A stretch of 64,000 nucleotides of DNA from Heteronotia binoei. Lineage: Eukaryota. The stretch spans positions 191,828,001 to 191,892,000 of the forward strand of contig NC_083223.1 in the NCBI RefSeq assembly GCF_032191835.1, given 5' to 3'. Under the pieces are notes generated by a model. That model had not been told where the DNA came from. It saw nothing but the letters and a program-made list of their open reading frames with translations, and made no database searches. Shown here one piece after another: positions 12,371 through 25,582 of the stretch (positions within the stretch are counted from its first letter, which is position 1; every line of letters begins with the position of its first letter). A program made the position numbers and the translations under genes.

Positions 12371-13428
12371 ATCCAAACCCATTATCCAATATTTCTTAAT
12401 ATTAACAGAAGTCACTAAAACATCTTTCTTCTGCATAAAATTTGCAAGGTCATATGTGTAGTCACTTCTGGTCATATCCATACTAGATAATGGGTTCAAT
12501 GTTTGTTCCTTCTTTCCAGGAAACCCTGGAGATTTTTGATGGGGGGGTTAGTTATTATTATTATTACATTAAATTTATATCCCGCCCTCTCTGCAAGCGG
12601 ACTCAGGGCGGCTAACAATCAATTATATAGAACAATTTAAAACCAATAAAATACATTTAAAGCATTTTGTGGTGCTATACACTTTAATATGGCGGGATCT
12701 TTCTTTTTCTGTTGATGATCCCATGATATTCGTGAACAGTTTAGTCACCACTCCTAGATTGGCAACTGGCAAAATACTTACCTGGGGTGTGTGTGTGTGT
12801 GTGCGGGTTGGTGGATATGGTTGCCTGTTCTAGGTTGGGAAATTCCTGGAGATTTGAAGGTGGAACTTGGGGAGAATTAACTTTAGGATGGGGATGAACC
12901 TCAGCATGGTTTAATGCCACATAATCCATTATCCAAACATCCATCTTCTCCAGGAAAACTGATCTGTCATCTGAATATAAGTTATAATTTGGGGAAATCT
13001 TCAGGTCCCATATGGAGGTTGTCAGCCCCAATTGCTGAGATGACTTGCCATTTGTTTACACCTTCCTTACTTGAAGGCCCTCATCATGATATACATAATT
13101 TTTACCTCCTGCATTTTCCTCTTCACAATTTGTAATATAGGTTAGGCTGAAAGTGAGTAATTAGCTCAAGGTCACCCTGTGAGTTTTATGATTAAGTGAG
13201 GATTTGAACTCAGGATGTTCCATTTCTAGGCCAACGCTGTAGTTATTATATCTATATTTCTGCAGAGACCCCAGTGCTACTTTCGGAGAACTAGCACAGG
13301 CTTCACAAGAACCTTAACTACATATTTATACTGATTTAACAGTCATTTTCTTAATCCAGGAAAACCCTGAGAACAGTGGCTGTGAGGAGGCTACAGACAA
13401 ATTTAATTTAATTCCTACTTTTCCTCAG

Positions 13429-13740
13429 GATGGTGTGGAATTGTTTTCTGTGGCCCCAGAAAGTAGGACCAGAACCAATGGGTTGTTATTAAATCAAAAG
13501 AGTTTCTGGCTCAACATTAGGAAGAACTTTCTGACCATTAGAGTGGTTCCTCAGTGGAACAGGCTTCCTCAGGAGGTGGTGGGCTCTCCTTCCTTGGAGG
13601 TTTTTAAACAGAGGCTAATGGCCACCTGACAGTAATGAAGATCCTTTGAATTTAGGGGGAAGTATTTGTGAGTTTCCTGCATTGTGCAGGGGGTTGGACT
13701 AGATGACCCTGGAGGTCCCTTCCAACTCTATGATTCTATT
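13429..13740 (+). mobile_element. CR1 LINE 3' end
   Basis: LFSVAPESRTRTNG...NIRKNFLTIRVVPQWNRLP; ends with the CR1-type tail ttccaactctatgattctat. Confidence 0.85.
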
Positions 13741-13805
13741 ATTCTCTTTGTGAAGTTATTATGCTTAAACTAGTAGAAGGTTCACAGTGCTGACGTGCTC
13801 TAAAT

Positions 13806-14305
13806 CAGGGGTGTCAAACTCAATTGCTATGAGGGCCAGATCTGATATAAATGAGACCTTGTCGGGCCAGGCTGTATGGGCTGGGCCATGGGTGTACCTG
13901 TTTAAGATTAGGTAGCAGAGATATAAACTTTTTAAAGGACACAAACACAATTGAAGATTTTTTTTTAAAAAAACAACAACCTTAAAATAAAACATGCTTA
14001 AAAGATTAGCACTTGTTAGTCTGAAAGGTGCTTTCTTTGTATTTCTTTCATGGGATCCAGGGAACTGAACAAAGGAAACTCTGGCTCTTTCCCTCCCCAG
14101 AGGACCAAGAGGCAGAGGAGCCTTGACCAGTGGAGAAAATAAGAGGTTTTGCTTGTGTGTGATTGGGCAAGCCTCACAAAACAAGCTGAGATGCAGAAGG
14201 AAGTAAGAGGGAGAAGGAAGCAGACAAGAGTCAGTTGCTCAGGGGCCTGATAGGAGTCCTCCAGTGGCCTGATTCAGCCCCCAGGCCACATGTTTGACAC
14301 CCCTG
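13806..14305. mobile_element. hAT MITE (Charlie-like, 500 bp)
   Basis: TIRs caggggtgtcaaac/gtttgacacccctg; perfect 8-bp TSD CTCTAAAT. Confidence 0.88.
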
Positions 14306-14389
14306 CTCTAAATGTCTCAGAATGAGATTTTTAAACTGAATTAATTCTCTCCTCTGGGAAATATTTGTGGGGAAAGCTTCCATTCTACC

Positions 14390-14909
14390 TAGGGTTCCAA
14401 TCCCCGGGTGGGGGCAGGGGATCCCCCGGTTTGGAGGCCCTTCCCCCACTTCAGGGTCATCAGAAAGCAGGGGGAGGGGAGGGGAGGGGAGGGGAGGGAA
14501 ATGTCTGCTGGGAACTCTATTCCCTATGGATACTTATTCCCATAGGAAATAATGGAGAATTGATCTGCGGGTATCTGGGGCTATTGAAGGGCTGTTGTTT
14601 TAAATAGAGGTTCCAAAGTTTCAGTATAGCATCCAGTGCCTCTCCCCAAAATACCCCCCAAGTTTCAAAAAGATTGGACCAGTGGTTCCAATTCTATGAG
14701 CCCCCCCCCAAAGGTGTCCCTATCCTTCGTTATTTCCTATGGAAGGAAGGTGTTTTAAAAGGTGTGCAGCCCCTTTAAATGTGATGGCCAGAACTCCCTT
14801 TAGAGTTCAATTATGATTGTCACATCCTTGCTCCTGGCTCCACCCCAATGCCTCCTGGCTCCACCTCCAAATTCCCCAGATATTTCTTGAATTGGACCTG
14901 GCAACCCTA
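14390..14909. mobile_element. hAT MITE (TAGGGTTGCCA family)
   Basis: TIRs present; TSD ATTCTACC/ATTCTAGC (7/8). Confidence 0.82.
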
Positions 14910-15130
14910 ATTCTAGCAGTGGTTCAGGCCATTGCCTTCCTCCAGGGCAACAAACATTTCTCCAGCGCAAGGAGCCTTAATCCAGCAGAACATGCATCTT
15001 CCTCTGGAGGGAGGCTCTTTGCACCAACAGTAGACTCCTTGAATCAGAGGAAGATTCCACTATTAGCAGGGGGCGGGAAACCTTTCTATCCAACCTAGAC
15101 TTTAGAGGATAACATATTTATCCAACTTAC

Positions 15131-15199
15131 CGCATTGTTTTCCTTTCCAACCATGCAGCAACCTAGACCGTTAACTTTTCCCCCACAGCATTTCCAATC
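15131..15199 (-). CDS. XDH: XDH exon 7a, Cys-rich linker (DWKCCGGKVNGLGCCMVGKENNA)
   Basis: tctttctttctgtctag|GATTGG...AATGCG|gtaagt; 69 nt, phase 0/0; resembles the mammalian exon 7 peptide DGGCCGG...CCMN. Confidence 0.88.
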
Positions 15200-16510
15200 C
15201 TAGACAGAAAGAAAGATTTCAAATGAAACTTTCTCCAAAAAATGCAGATTTTTCCAGAGAGACTATGTCATTGAGTCAACTCCCTCCTTGGGAACATGGA
15301 GCATGGGTGCCCTTATTAAGCTTGGCAAAGGGTTCCATTCCTGTCACTCCCATCAGGCAGCCACACAGAGGTTGAGTGTTCTCCAAGACATTTCTTTTAA
15401 TGAGGCTGCAGAAGCTCCTTTTCTCTGGAGCTAGTTTATCTTCATCTGGCTCCTGTTTACAATGTGATCTCCTAACTCTCATCCACTAGCCCACACAGTG
15501 TATGCTGAACCATGGTTTTTAAGACCCTCTCCAACAAGTGGCCTTGCCCCAACCTTTGCCCAACTGACCCTAGCACAAATCCAAGAGACTCAACAGCCCA
15601 ACCTCTCCTCTTAGGGCAGCTGCAGCCAACAGCCAGCCTCTCCCCTCCAAGTGCATATTAGCCAAACCCACCCCACTGGCAGCCACCCTTGTCATCCATT
15701 CTCTGGCTGTCACCTTCTCATGATGGGGTACCCTCTCAGGCTCCTCAGGTGTGCCTCACAGTGTCAGCCAGCAGCCCTTGCAGCCCTCAGTTTTCCAGGT
15801 GCAATGGCCCCCTAGTCCATAGACTAACTGTTAAACACAGAGATTTAGAATAGGGACTAAAATTAAATCTCAGTTCTCTATCCTATTTTATACAGACCCA
15901 ACGAATTCAGGATGGTTCATGTTTCTCTGCTCCTCCTTATTAAGCTTCAAAAACTCCATAAGGTAGCTCAGGGATAGCAACTGGCTCAAGATTACCCAGA
16001 TTTTGACCAGCATCTGACTGCTGTTTTCATCCAGCATATTTGGTGTATGTATGAAGGGGGCTGTGCTTAAAGTATCCATAAATATCCATCCCAGAGTGGC
16101 TCTGATCTGTTGTATTCCTGATGGGCACTACTAGACCATGAATTTTGCTTTTAGAAGGAATGATCATAGAATCATAAAGTTGGAAGGGACCCCCAGGGTC
16201 ATCTAGTCCAACCCCCTGCACAATGCAGGAAAGATATATTGTAAAATGTAATACTTCTGTAGCAGAGACGCACATTGGTTTATGATTGTTGAGGAAGAGA
16301 ACTATAGATGGGAAAGAATTTCCAAAATATATGCTCTATCAGCATTCTAACGGTACATTAGGTGTAAGAACAGCAAGAATCCGGATGTAAAACACATTAT
16401 TTAGTATAGTGTGAACACACTTTAAGTGTATAAGCCATCAGTTATGGGCAAAAATCCTCTCTAAAAGCGTCAGAAACTTTAAAAAAAACATTATTTTTTT
16501 AGCCACTCAC

Positions 16511-16572
16511 CTTTGCAAATGTTCTGTACCCTTCCAGAATGGGCCTGTATCCTGTACAGCGGCAGAGATTTC
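16511..16572 (-). CDS. XDH: XDH exon 6 (GNLCRCTGYRPILEGYRTFAK)
   Basis: caacacag|GAAATCTC...GCAAAG|gtgagt; 62 nt; CRC motif. Confidence 0.98.
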
Positions 16573-16835
16573 CTGTGTTGCCAAATCAAGTTGCAAACTT
16601 CAGTGAGTTAAATAATAGGGGGGAAAACTGATACTATGAACAATACCAAATACTTGTAGTCAGATGGGGAATTCAAAAAAGCACCACAAACTCCCCCACT
16701 CCCAATTAACAGAATGGCATCTGTCATCAAGAGATTCTCCTCCATTGATCCCTTCCAAACTTATTTCTTGTTTTTCTACATGATAGCAAACCACTTCTTC
16801 TTCTCATTTGCTTTCAAAGGCCCTTGCTGGGGTTG

Positions 16836-17340
16836 TAGGGTTGCCAATCCCCAGGTAGAGGCAGGGGATCCCCTCGTTCAGAAGCCTCCCCCTGCTTCAG
16901 GGTCATCAGAAAGTTGGGGGAAAGGAAATGTCTGCTAGGCACTCCATTATTCCCTATGGAGACCAATTCCCATAGGGTATAATGGAGCATCAATCCATAG
17001 GTATGTGGGACTTGGGGGGGGGGGCTGTTTTTTAAAATAGAGGCACAAAATTTACAGCATAGCATTTGGTGCCTCTCCTCAAAACACCCTCCAAGTTTCA
17101 AAAAGATTGGACCAGGGAGTCCAATTCTGTGAGCTCCAAATAAGGTGCCACATCCTTCATTATTTCCAATGGAGAGAAGGCATTTAAAAAGGTGTGCGGA
17201 CCCTTTAAATGTGATGGCCAGAACTCACTTTGGACTTAAATTATGCTTGTCACAACCTTGCTCCTGGCTTCACTCCCAACGTCTCCTGGCTTCACCCCCA
17301 AAGTTCCCAGATATTTCTTGAATTGCACTTGGCAACCCTA
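16836..17340. mobile_element. hAT MITE (TAGGGTTGCCA family)
   Basis: TIRs tagggttgcca/tggcaacccta; TSD TGGGGTTG/TGGGGTTA (7/8). Confidence 0.85.
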
Positions 17341-18260
17341 TGGGGTTACCATAAATCAGTTGTTTCTACATGTTCTACAGTTCATTTTGCTTTATGAGTT
17401 TTGTACTTTTCAGATGTTTTGTGGGGACTAAACATTCCCGCAAATCATAGAACGTATTTCAGTGGCTGTTTTTCCTGAATTTTCATTATATGTTAAAGGG
17501 CTTTATGTGAGGTCAGTTTCCTTCTGCTTTTCTAAACTAACTGGAATGAGATTAGCAAAGGTCTGTTCTTTGTTTTTAAAAGCACATATATTCAGCTGGG
17601 TCATGATGGACACATCTTTATATTTCACCGAGAAGATCAGGAAAAAATAGGCCAAAACTGTTTAAGAGTTAAGCACCCAGGGAGAGGCTGCTGCTTCAAC
17701 CAGACTGCTAGCTCAGACTACTAATCTAGTTATATCTCAGGGGGGTTTTTTAATCATTTGGGAGACAGTGAATGAACACTTTTTTATATTGTTATTGCCA
17801 TCCATTTTGGTTCTCCTCATTTTTGTCATTGTTGTTGATGCTTTTGTGTTTTGCTGATGATACTTCCCTAACATTTTTATAACATTTATACACAACAGAT
17901 GCAGAAGTTATCACTTAAAATACACATTTTTACAGGCAAACAGCAGGGGAGGGGGGATACAGGTGTTTTTAACATGAAAAACTCAGTGCAAAAAAATAGA
18001 AAAGGTGTAAACCTAGTGAAATCACCAGGGCTTCCCCCCCCCCGCCCCGAAAAAGAGGTGCTGGACTCCCAAGAGGGAACTTAAGGAGAAACATTTGGGT
18101 GCGCTTCCTGAAGCTTTAAATGTTTTTTTTAGAATTTTGTTTTCATGAAAAGGTTCTGGAACTCCATTCTCCAATATTCCCCCAGAAAAAAAGCCCTGGA
18201 AATCCTGTATCTCTAGTTTGCTCCTAATTCAAACTCTGTCACCAAGAATTTCTGTGCCAT

Positions 18261-18261
<1 letters not shown>

Positions 18262-18332
<71 letters not shown>
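18262..18332. repeat. Compound microsatellite (TCTG)n(TC)n(AC)n
   Basis: Direct reading. Confidence 0.9.
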
Positions 18333-18338
<6 letters not shown>

Positions 18339-20281
18339 TGAGATGAAAAATACAGGAAGTCTTTTTTTTCCCTTTTAACAACTACAATGCAAAGTAAAAT
18401 TAAGAACTTTTTGTAAATATCACAGTCTTAATAATTTCATCTGATTTCCTTGACCACATGCGTCAAATCCCAAATAACTATTATAAGAATTACTTAATGT
18501 GACACTTACATGCTACAAAGGGATGTATAATTGCTGTTTTATTCATGGGATGAGGAACTAAAGTTGAGACCAAAGTCTACTCAAGGCCAGTCAATGAGTT
18601 CTCAGTAAAAGAGACCTGTTTTGCCACACCTCTTTTGCACCATACATGGTAATCCCATTGTACCACATAATTTTGTTTGCTGAATAGTGTCCTGTCATGG
18701 TTGAGAGAGCTATAATCAAATTCCAGGTGTCAAGAGAGTCTGTTTGAAATGTATGTAAAAAGATCCCCCTCCCCCATGTTGCTGCTTATCTAAAGTTAGA
18801 AAAGTTTGCAATTTTCAGTATTTTGCATCCTATCCTTTTGACAAGGGTCTTAAATTCTAGTCTTTTGAAGGGCGTGTATCAAGGAGTATTCAGCTTGAAA
18901 AGAATCGCTCTGCTGGGTGTATGTTAATCTCCATGTTCACTGGTTCTATCACTACTAAAAGCCAGTTGCTGCTTAGCTCAGCCTGATCAGCTAATTAGCT
19001 GCAGCTGAGAAACATCAAGTAGAATTGTCAGTTGTCTCAGGGCTGTTGCCAGGATTTGAAAAGTCGAGGGGCTAAGTTGGGGGCACCCTTTCCCATCTAC
19101 GTGGGGCTTGCTGCTTCTCAGAAGCTTTCTGGGGTAGGGCAAGCTTCAGCTGCTGTTGCTTCACCAGATCAGCCATGGAAGAAGAAGGAGGAGGAGGAAG
19201 AGGAGAAGGAGACAGGCTGTGCCTCAGGGGACCCCCTGGAAGTCAGGGGGGCCCACCTGGAAGTTGAAGGGCAGTGCCCCCTGTTGCTACAGATTTGAGT
19301 TGCCTGTATTTTGGGAAGATTTCGTAGAGACAGCCTCATGAATGGCTGAAGAGGTTTACAGGCTGAGGCCAGTTTTCTCATAAGACTAGGCAGAAAGCCA
19401 GTTAGCTCACCAAGCTCCACTTGTCCTCCATGCTGCCGGAAACTCTGCTAGACCTGCACTCCAGACTGGAACTATGAATTTTGAACAGGTTTGTTGTGAG
19501 TAGTTAGCTAGTCAGGGCTGTTGTTTTCTTGCATTTTATCTTACTGAACTGTGTACTCAACCCTTCTTTTTTTAACTGTCTTTGTCCCTGTAAATAATTT
19601 TTTATTTATTATAATTCTTGAGTGAGTTTACTGGACCAAACCCAGATAAGCCTTAGTTATATCACCATGCCCTCAGGCTGCTATCTTCAGAGGGCTGGCT
19701 ATAAATTCACTCAATGTTATGACTCAAAGCATGAGCTATCTCATTCTCTTTCCCTTTAATATGAGAAATTTCAAACTGAGAGTCTTATAAGCTTGATACC
19801 CATCTCAAAATTTCAGCATTGTTGCCCTTTATTTTATACAAAAAAGCTAGAGGATCATGGTCAGTTTGGATGAAAAATTTTGTTCCAATCAAATATGGTT
19901 GTAATTTGTTTATTGCCCATACTATGACAAGACATTCCTTCTCTATCACAGAGTAAGCCATTTTCCCTTTGTAGGAGTTTCCTGCTCAGAAAGAAAATTG
20001 GGTGTAAATCCCCATCACCTCTTTAAGTAAATCAAAGGTCACTTGATATCCTATACAATATATAGGATACACTTGGAGCAAATGTTGGTCATGATGAACT
20101 TGGTAAGAATGCTTATCTGATGGTTTTGAACTGCACAGTTCAGCTTTTCATATATCACATATATTTGTGAGGATTTTAATGTAGGAATAACCACAGAAAG
20201 TAACTGTCCAACAATAAACCAAATTGGGTTGGAAAACTGGCCAGAAAAGGTGCAAGTGAATAAATTATAAAAAATCTGTAC

Positions 20282-20408
20282 CTTGGAAAGCATCCTCAAT
20301 CTCATCCATTTTGGGCTCAGATTGATTGCGAAGGAGTGTGTACATGGACATGACAATGCCTGGTGTGCAGAAGCCACACTGGGATCCATGACTTTTTGCT
20401 ATTCTTTC
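20282..20408 (-). CDS. XDH: XDH exon 5 ([42 protein letters not shown])
   Basis: ctctttctcag|GAAAGA...TTCCAAG|gtacag; 127 nt; QCGFC motif. Confidence 0.98.
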
Positions 20409-20897
20409 CTGAGAAAGAGAGAAAGAAAATTTTTCTTCACCTGATTAGGAATTCTAAGTGAAGTAGCATTCCCATACTGTTTGTTCCATTGGACAATCTT
20501 TCCCAATAGAATAAGCAGAGACAATGAATTTCCATGTAACAGAAGCGCACATGACAAAGTACAAATAAATCATAGGCGCATCTAAGAATGAATCCAGATG
20601 AGACAACTGAAAATCCATCCCAAAGATCCAGTGCATTTTTCCCTCTTGGCAATCTGCAGACCTGGTGATTCCTGACTGAGATGGCATTTGCTGTTTTCTC
20701 AACCTCAAGCAGTCCCCCAGAGTTACTATTCAATCTGTTGGAAGAATATAGACACCCATATAGGGAGTCAACATCTTTCCCCCACTTGGGCCCATAACAG
20801 TTTATCTGAAGTCAGGAAAGCAGCTCATAGAGGACGAATTGAACCCATTCCCACTACACCATGACTCCAATTCAAATCAAGCTTCCTTGTGACTAAT

Positions 20898-21275
20898 GTT
20901 TATTTATTTATTTATATCCCGCCCTTCCCACAAAGGTGGCTCAGGGCGGCTCACAACAGATAATAAGACATAAAATTAAGTTAGCATTTAAATATATAAG
21001 CAGTTAAAACATTCAAAACATTTAAAACCTTAAAAACATCAAACCTTATAACAGTATGTATAGCAAGAATCTGGTAAAGCTACATTAGTTTCCCATATCA
21101 GTTAGGTGTAAGCTAGCTGGAAGAGGGTTGTCTTACAGGCCCTACGGAACTGAATAAGGTCCCGCAGGGCCCTCACCTCCTCTGGCAGCTGGTTCCACGA
21201 TGTAGGGGCCATAACAGAGAAGGCCCTGTCCCTAGTAGATTTAAGGCAGGCTTCTTTTGGCCCAGGGATAGCGAG
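20898..21275 (-). mobile_element. L2-clade LINE 3' end
   Basis: (ttta)n tail; RDRAFSVMAPTSWNQLPEEVR...FRRACKT. Confidence 0.8.
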
Positions 21276-23015
21276 AAGATTTCCCTCTAAGCCATGGAGT
21301 CTTGTGAGCAAAAATTCTACTTTGTGAGCTACTGGCACTAAACTTGTAGCTATTGGCATTAAAGTTGTGAGCTGCTGCCCCCCTTCCTCCCCAAGGGAGG
21401 AGCTTCAGCCAATGGAGAAAATAGAGGCTTTGCTTTGTAGCTCCTGTGCAATTGAGCAAGCCTGGCAATAGTTTAGATGTCTTTAAAAAGAGATTAGGCA
21501 GGTTTTTGAAGCAGAGCACTGACTACTAGACATGACAGTCAAATAGGGCCTCTGGTGGGCTTAGGAGCAGATTATCTGATGCTGTGGAGCAGTCAGCAGG
21601 GAGGGCTTTTGTCTGTGGGCCATGTTTGTGGACTTCCCAATGGCATCTGACTGGTCACTGTTAGAAACAGGATGCTAATTTGCTGCTCTTAAGCCACGAT
21701 CAGATGTCCATTTTTATCCAACACAGCAGCAGATGCCCTTTGGATTTAAAGTGCATGTCCAGCCCTTCGGATTTAAAGTGCAACATCTGGGAGCAGTTGG
21801 TGAGTTGTGGGTAACCCATCATTCCACAACTTACTGTTGGACTTTTTTGATAGTGGAGAAATTCTGGTCCTAAATGCTTGACAATGGGCCACAAACAGAT
21901 TTTCCTTGTCTGATCACACCAGTGTTAGCGAGTCATTACAATTTACATCCTAGATTGGTGCCATTTTTTAAAGTCTTAGTGATACACACATAACCACATA
22001 ATCAGCAAAAAGTGGCGGGGGTTTGCAGATGCCTTAAGCACCACAAGAGATGCGTTCCAAGCTACTGCAAATGTTTCTTTTAAACGTTTTTTAATAGAGT
22101 GAATCTCATGAGTAATACAATCATTATTTAGTCCATACTTCTAGAAAATAGTCCCTATAAGGGCAAGCCGGTCAGCAGCATTGTTTATGTGCTTGTACAA
22201 AGGCCAGGCCGTCTGATTGGTCAGTGACAGGACAGGCACTCAGCAAGGTGGATTACGATTGGGATGTCTGATCAGGCAACAAAGTTTCAAATAAGGACAG
22301 AGAAAAAAAGGAGCGCCTTGCTGATGGATTAAATGGTGCATCTGACCGCGGCCTTATGTTCTTATTAAAATATTCAATAGAATCAATCCCACAACTTAAC
22401 CGTGATGAACTCTGCTTGTCTTCTCTCATTCAACAAGCTGTTTGACATTTGTAGAATACCTCAAACGAGAGAGCTCATGGGTATGAGTAAGGTATATGAC
22501 TTTGAACACTCCATGAGGGTTTTAACTAATACATATATTGAAAACTAAATATTACCACAGTATTTTTCACATATCAATTTAGAAATATTTTACAGTCTAT
22601 TTTACAAAGTGCAATGTTTTTTCTTTGTTTGTAGGACTTCCTGAAGTCTAATAATTCCCAACCAGGCGTAACTGCAATTCCCAAACAGGTGTGGCTGCAA
22701 TTGGACCACTGCTTTCATCCACTTTCAGAGTTAATCTTTCCTCAGGCAGCTCACCAAGGGATACAGTATATCAACTGGCACTGCTCTGTATCTCCAATGG
22801 ATATACCATGGCTCCCTAGGACAATAGAAGTGTGGGGCCAAGCTAGATCCATTTGTAGAATAACAGCATTTATTCCAAAACATCCAATGAGCCAAGCCAT
22901 TATTGCCAAAAATGGATCAATAAGAATCAGCAATATAACACACCATGGATAAACAGAAAGATAATACCAGGGGGAAGGTGCTTCATTAAAAGGTAGTTAC
23001 AATGCTATAGCTTAC

Positions 23016-23124
23016 CTGTACTGGGTGCAGCCTTGTCTTTGTACTTCCAATGCCTTCAACAGTTGTTACTGCTACATGGTGGAGGGCACATATAGGGAAT
23101 AAGCAAGCATTGGCAGAATAGTGT
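23016..23124 (-). CDS. XDH: XDH exon 4 ([36 protein letters not shown])
   Basis: tccttgactgatggatcaag|ACACTAT...GTACAG|gtaagc; 109 nt. Confidence 0.97.
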
Positions 23125-25582
23125 CTTGATCCATCAGTCAAGGATATTTTTCACTTTGTATAATCTTATGCTGGGACTTCCAAAAAACGCCAATGAAATC
23201 TCCTTAATCTTGTTCTTGAAACTGTTCACATAGCATTGCTCAGAAATAACGTTCATGTGAACATTGTAATAAAATATGAGTGATTAATTTTTAAAAAAAT
23301 CAATCCTATGGTCCTCAGCCAATGGAAAAATTGCCTAGCTATTCTTCTAAGTGAAAAAATGCAAACAAAAATCATTGTGAATAACTATAGACAGAATTCT
23401 AAAAATAAACTTGTAAAAGTTTTTTTTAAATTAACAATCTCTGAGCAGTTTTAACATTTCTAAAATTTAAACTCTTGCTAAAAGAAAAATAGGAGAAAGT
23501 GATAAAAGGTTGACTGATACATAGAATTGTCAATCTGTGTTGGAAAATACCTGGAGACTTTGGGGGTGAATCTGAGAGAGGCTGGGGTTTGGGGAGGGGA
23601 GGGGCCTCAGCATGGTATAATGTCATAGAGTGCACCCTTCAAAGCAGCCATTTTCTTCAGGGGTCAGTGGAGAATGGGACCACAGAGGTAACGAAACTGT
23701 GAAATGACACTCTCACTCCGTGTAGGAATTTTTTTTTTTTTTCTACACAGAGTGAGCGTGTCATTTCACAATTTTCTCCAGGGGAGCTAATCTCTGCCAG
23801 CTGGAAATCAGGGGAAGATCTCCAGGCCCTACCTGGAGGCTGGCGACCATAGCAAACACTCAAAATATTCAGTGCCAATCATTTGGGTGTTACTGAAGTT
23901 AATATATTTTAAAGTGTGCCATGTTTAAAAAATGCTATAAATCTAACTAAACAAATAATGCCAAGAAAAGTGCAGTGGGTTATAATAACATTTTTAAATG
24001 AGGTACTTTAGCTAATGCTAAGAAATTAAGATAGTAGCAGAGCAGGATTTGCAAGAGGAAAATAATAGAAGGCATAGTAACTTCAAAATATTGCCATAGG
24101 ATCATGCTTTCTGTGAAAGCAAACGTTTGCACAGAACAACATCCTGTTACCAGTGATAGCCATGCACCACACAAAAGGTTATCATCAGTTCATAGTTGTG
24201 CTCAGGGCTTTTTTTGTAGAAAAAGCCCAGTGGGAACTCAATAGTATGCAAGGTCACACCTCTGACATCACCGTCATTTGCATACCAGGCCACACCTCTG
24301 ACATCACAAAAAGTGCTATAAAAAGTACTGTGTACAATTCTGGTCACCACACCTCAAAAAACATATTCTAGCACTGGAAAAAGTCTATATATCTATATAT
24401 ATCTATATATATATAGATATCTATATATAGATATATATAAACAAATTCCAACACACTACTCAATCACAAGAGCCAGCATGGTGTAGTGCAGAAAGAAAGA
24501 AAGAGGGGGGGGGGGGGAGTGGGAAATAAGACAAAAAGGAAAAAAGAAATATTGACAGAAAAACTGACAGAAAGAAAGAAAGAATGGGGGACTGGAAAAT
24601 AAAGCAAATAGACAGAGAAAAAGAAAGACTGACAGAAAGAAAAATCAATGAATGAAAGGGGGGAGAGAGTTGGAAAGAAGGAAGAAAGGAAGGAAAATAA
24701 AGCAAATAGGGGAAAAGAAAACAAAGAGGGGGAGAATTGGAAACAGAAAAAAGAAAGAAAGAGAAATGAAATAGGAAGGAAGGAAAAGGGAGGGAAGAAG
24801 TGAAAGAAAGGAGGCGGAAAAGGAAGAAAACAGATGGAAAAGAAAGAGAATAGAAAGCGGAATCACCTGTAAAACTGCTGACTCTCAGGAAGTCCCGTGG
24901 AGTCCTGCCAGCACGTGCGACGTTGGGAGGCCTCCACGCTGGCGCAGCTGGGCCCCCAGAGTCCTGCCGGCGTGCATGACATTCAGAAGCCCCCCTGTGG
25001 GTAGGCCTCCGGAATCCCAACAAACACTGCTCGGCCCCCTGAGCCCTGCCAGCCATCTGAGAAGCTGAGCCAGAACGCGGGCTAAGGCAGCAGGAACACT
25101 GCCCAGGCCAGCCAGAATGGTGTTCTGGTGCATTCTGGCTCAAAAAAAAAAAAGCCCTGGTTGTGCCATATACTTGGAGTGAATGCTGTTTACATTGGTG
25201 GGAAAATATTCTACCCACAGATCTTACTGTAATTTGGAATGCAGCTGAAGTTTGGGTAGGAACTAGAGTTGCCAACTTCATTTGTAAATTTCTAGAGATT
25301 TGGAGGTAGATCTTGGGGGGCGGAGCAGAGTTTGGAGAGGGAGAGATCTTAGCAGGCGTATTGCCATAGAGTCCAGCCCCCAAAGCTTCTATTTTCTCCT
25401 GGGGAACAGATCTCTGGAGTCTGCAGATGAGTTATAGTAATTCCATAAGATGTCCTGGCCCCATCTGAAGATTGGCAACCCCAGGAAGAACAGATTTTAA
25501 ACACTAACATTTCTGCATTTATATATCTGCTCTTCCTTTACAATAGGGCTGTTGTTCCATCTCAACACATTTCAAAGGATAC
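23125..25582 (-). other. XDH intron 3, U12-type (minor spliceosome) GT-AG intron
   Basis: 5' splice site GTATCCTTT (full U12 consensus); branch site TCCTTGAC at 23144-23137 just upstream of the AG; no polypyrimidine tract. Confidence 0.93.
24203..25159. mobile_element. hAT element (CAGGGCTTTTT TIRs) with about 790 bp of foreign internal sequence
   Basis: TIRs at both ends; TSD GTTGTGCT/GTTGTGCC (7/8); interior has a CR1-like fragment, an AT repeat, a SINE head and a GA-rich tract. Confidence 0.65.

Noticed and set aside
24460-25383. 307-aa ORF on the minus strand
   Set aside because: Product of a low-complexity TC/GA tract and MITE sequence inside XDH intron 3; F/S/L-rich with no domain.
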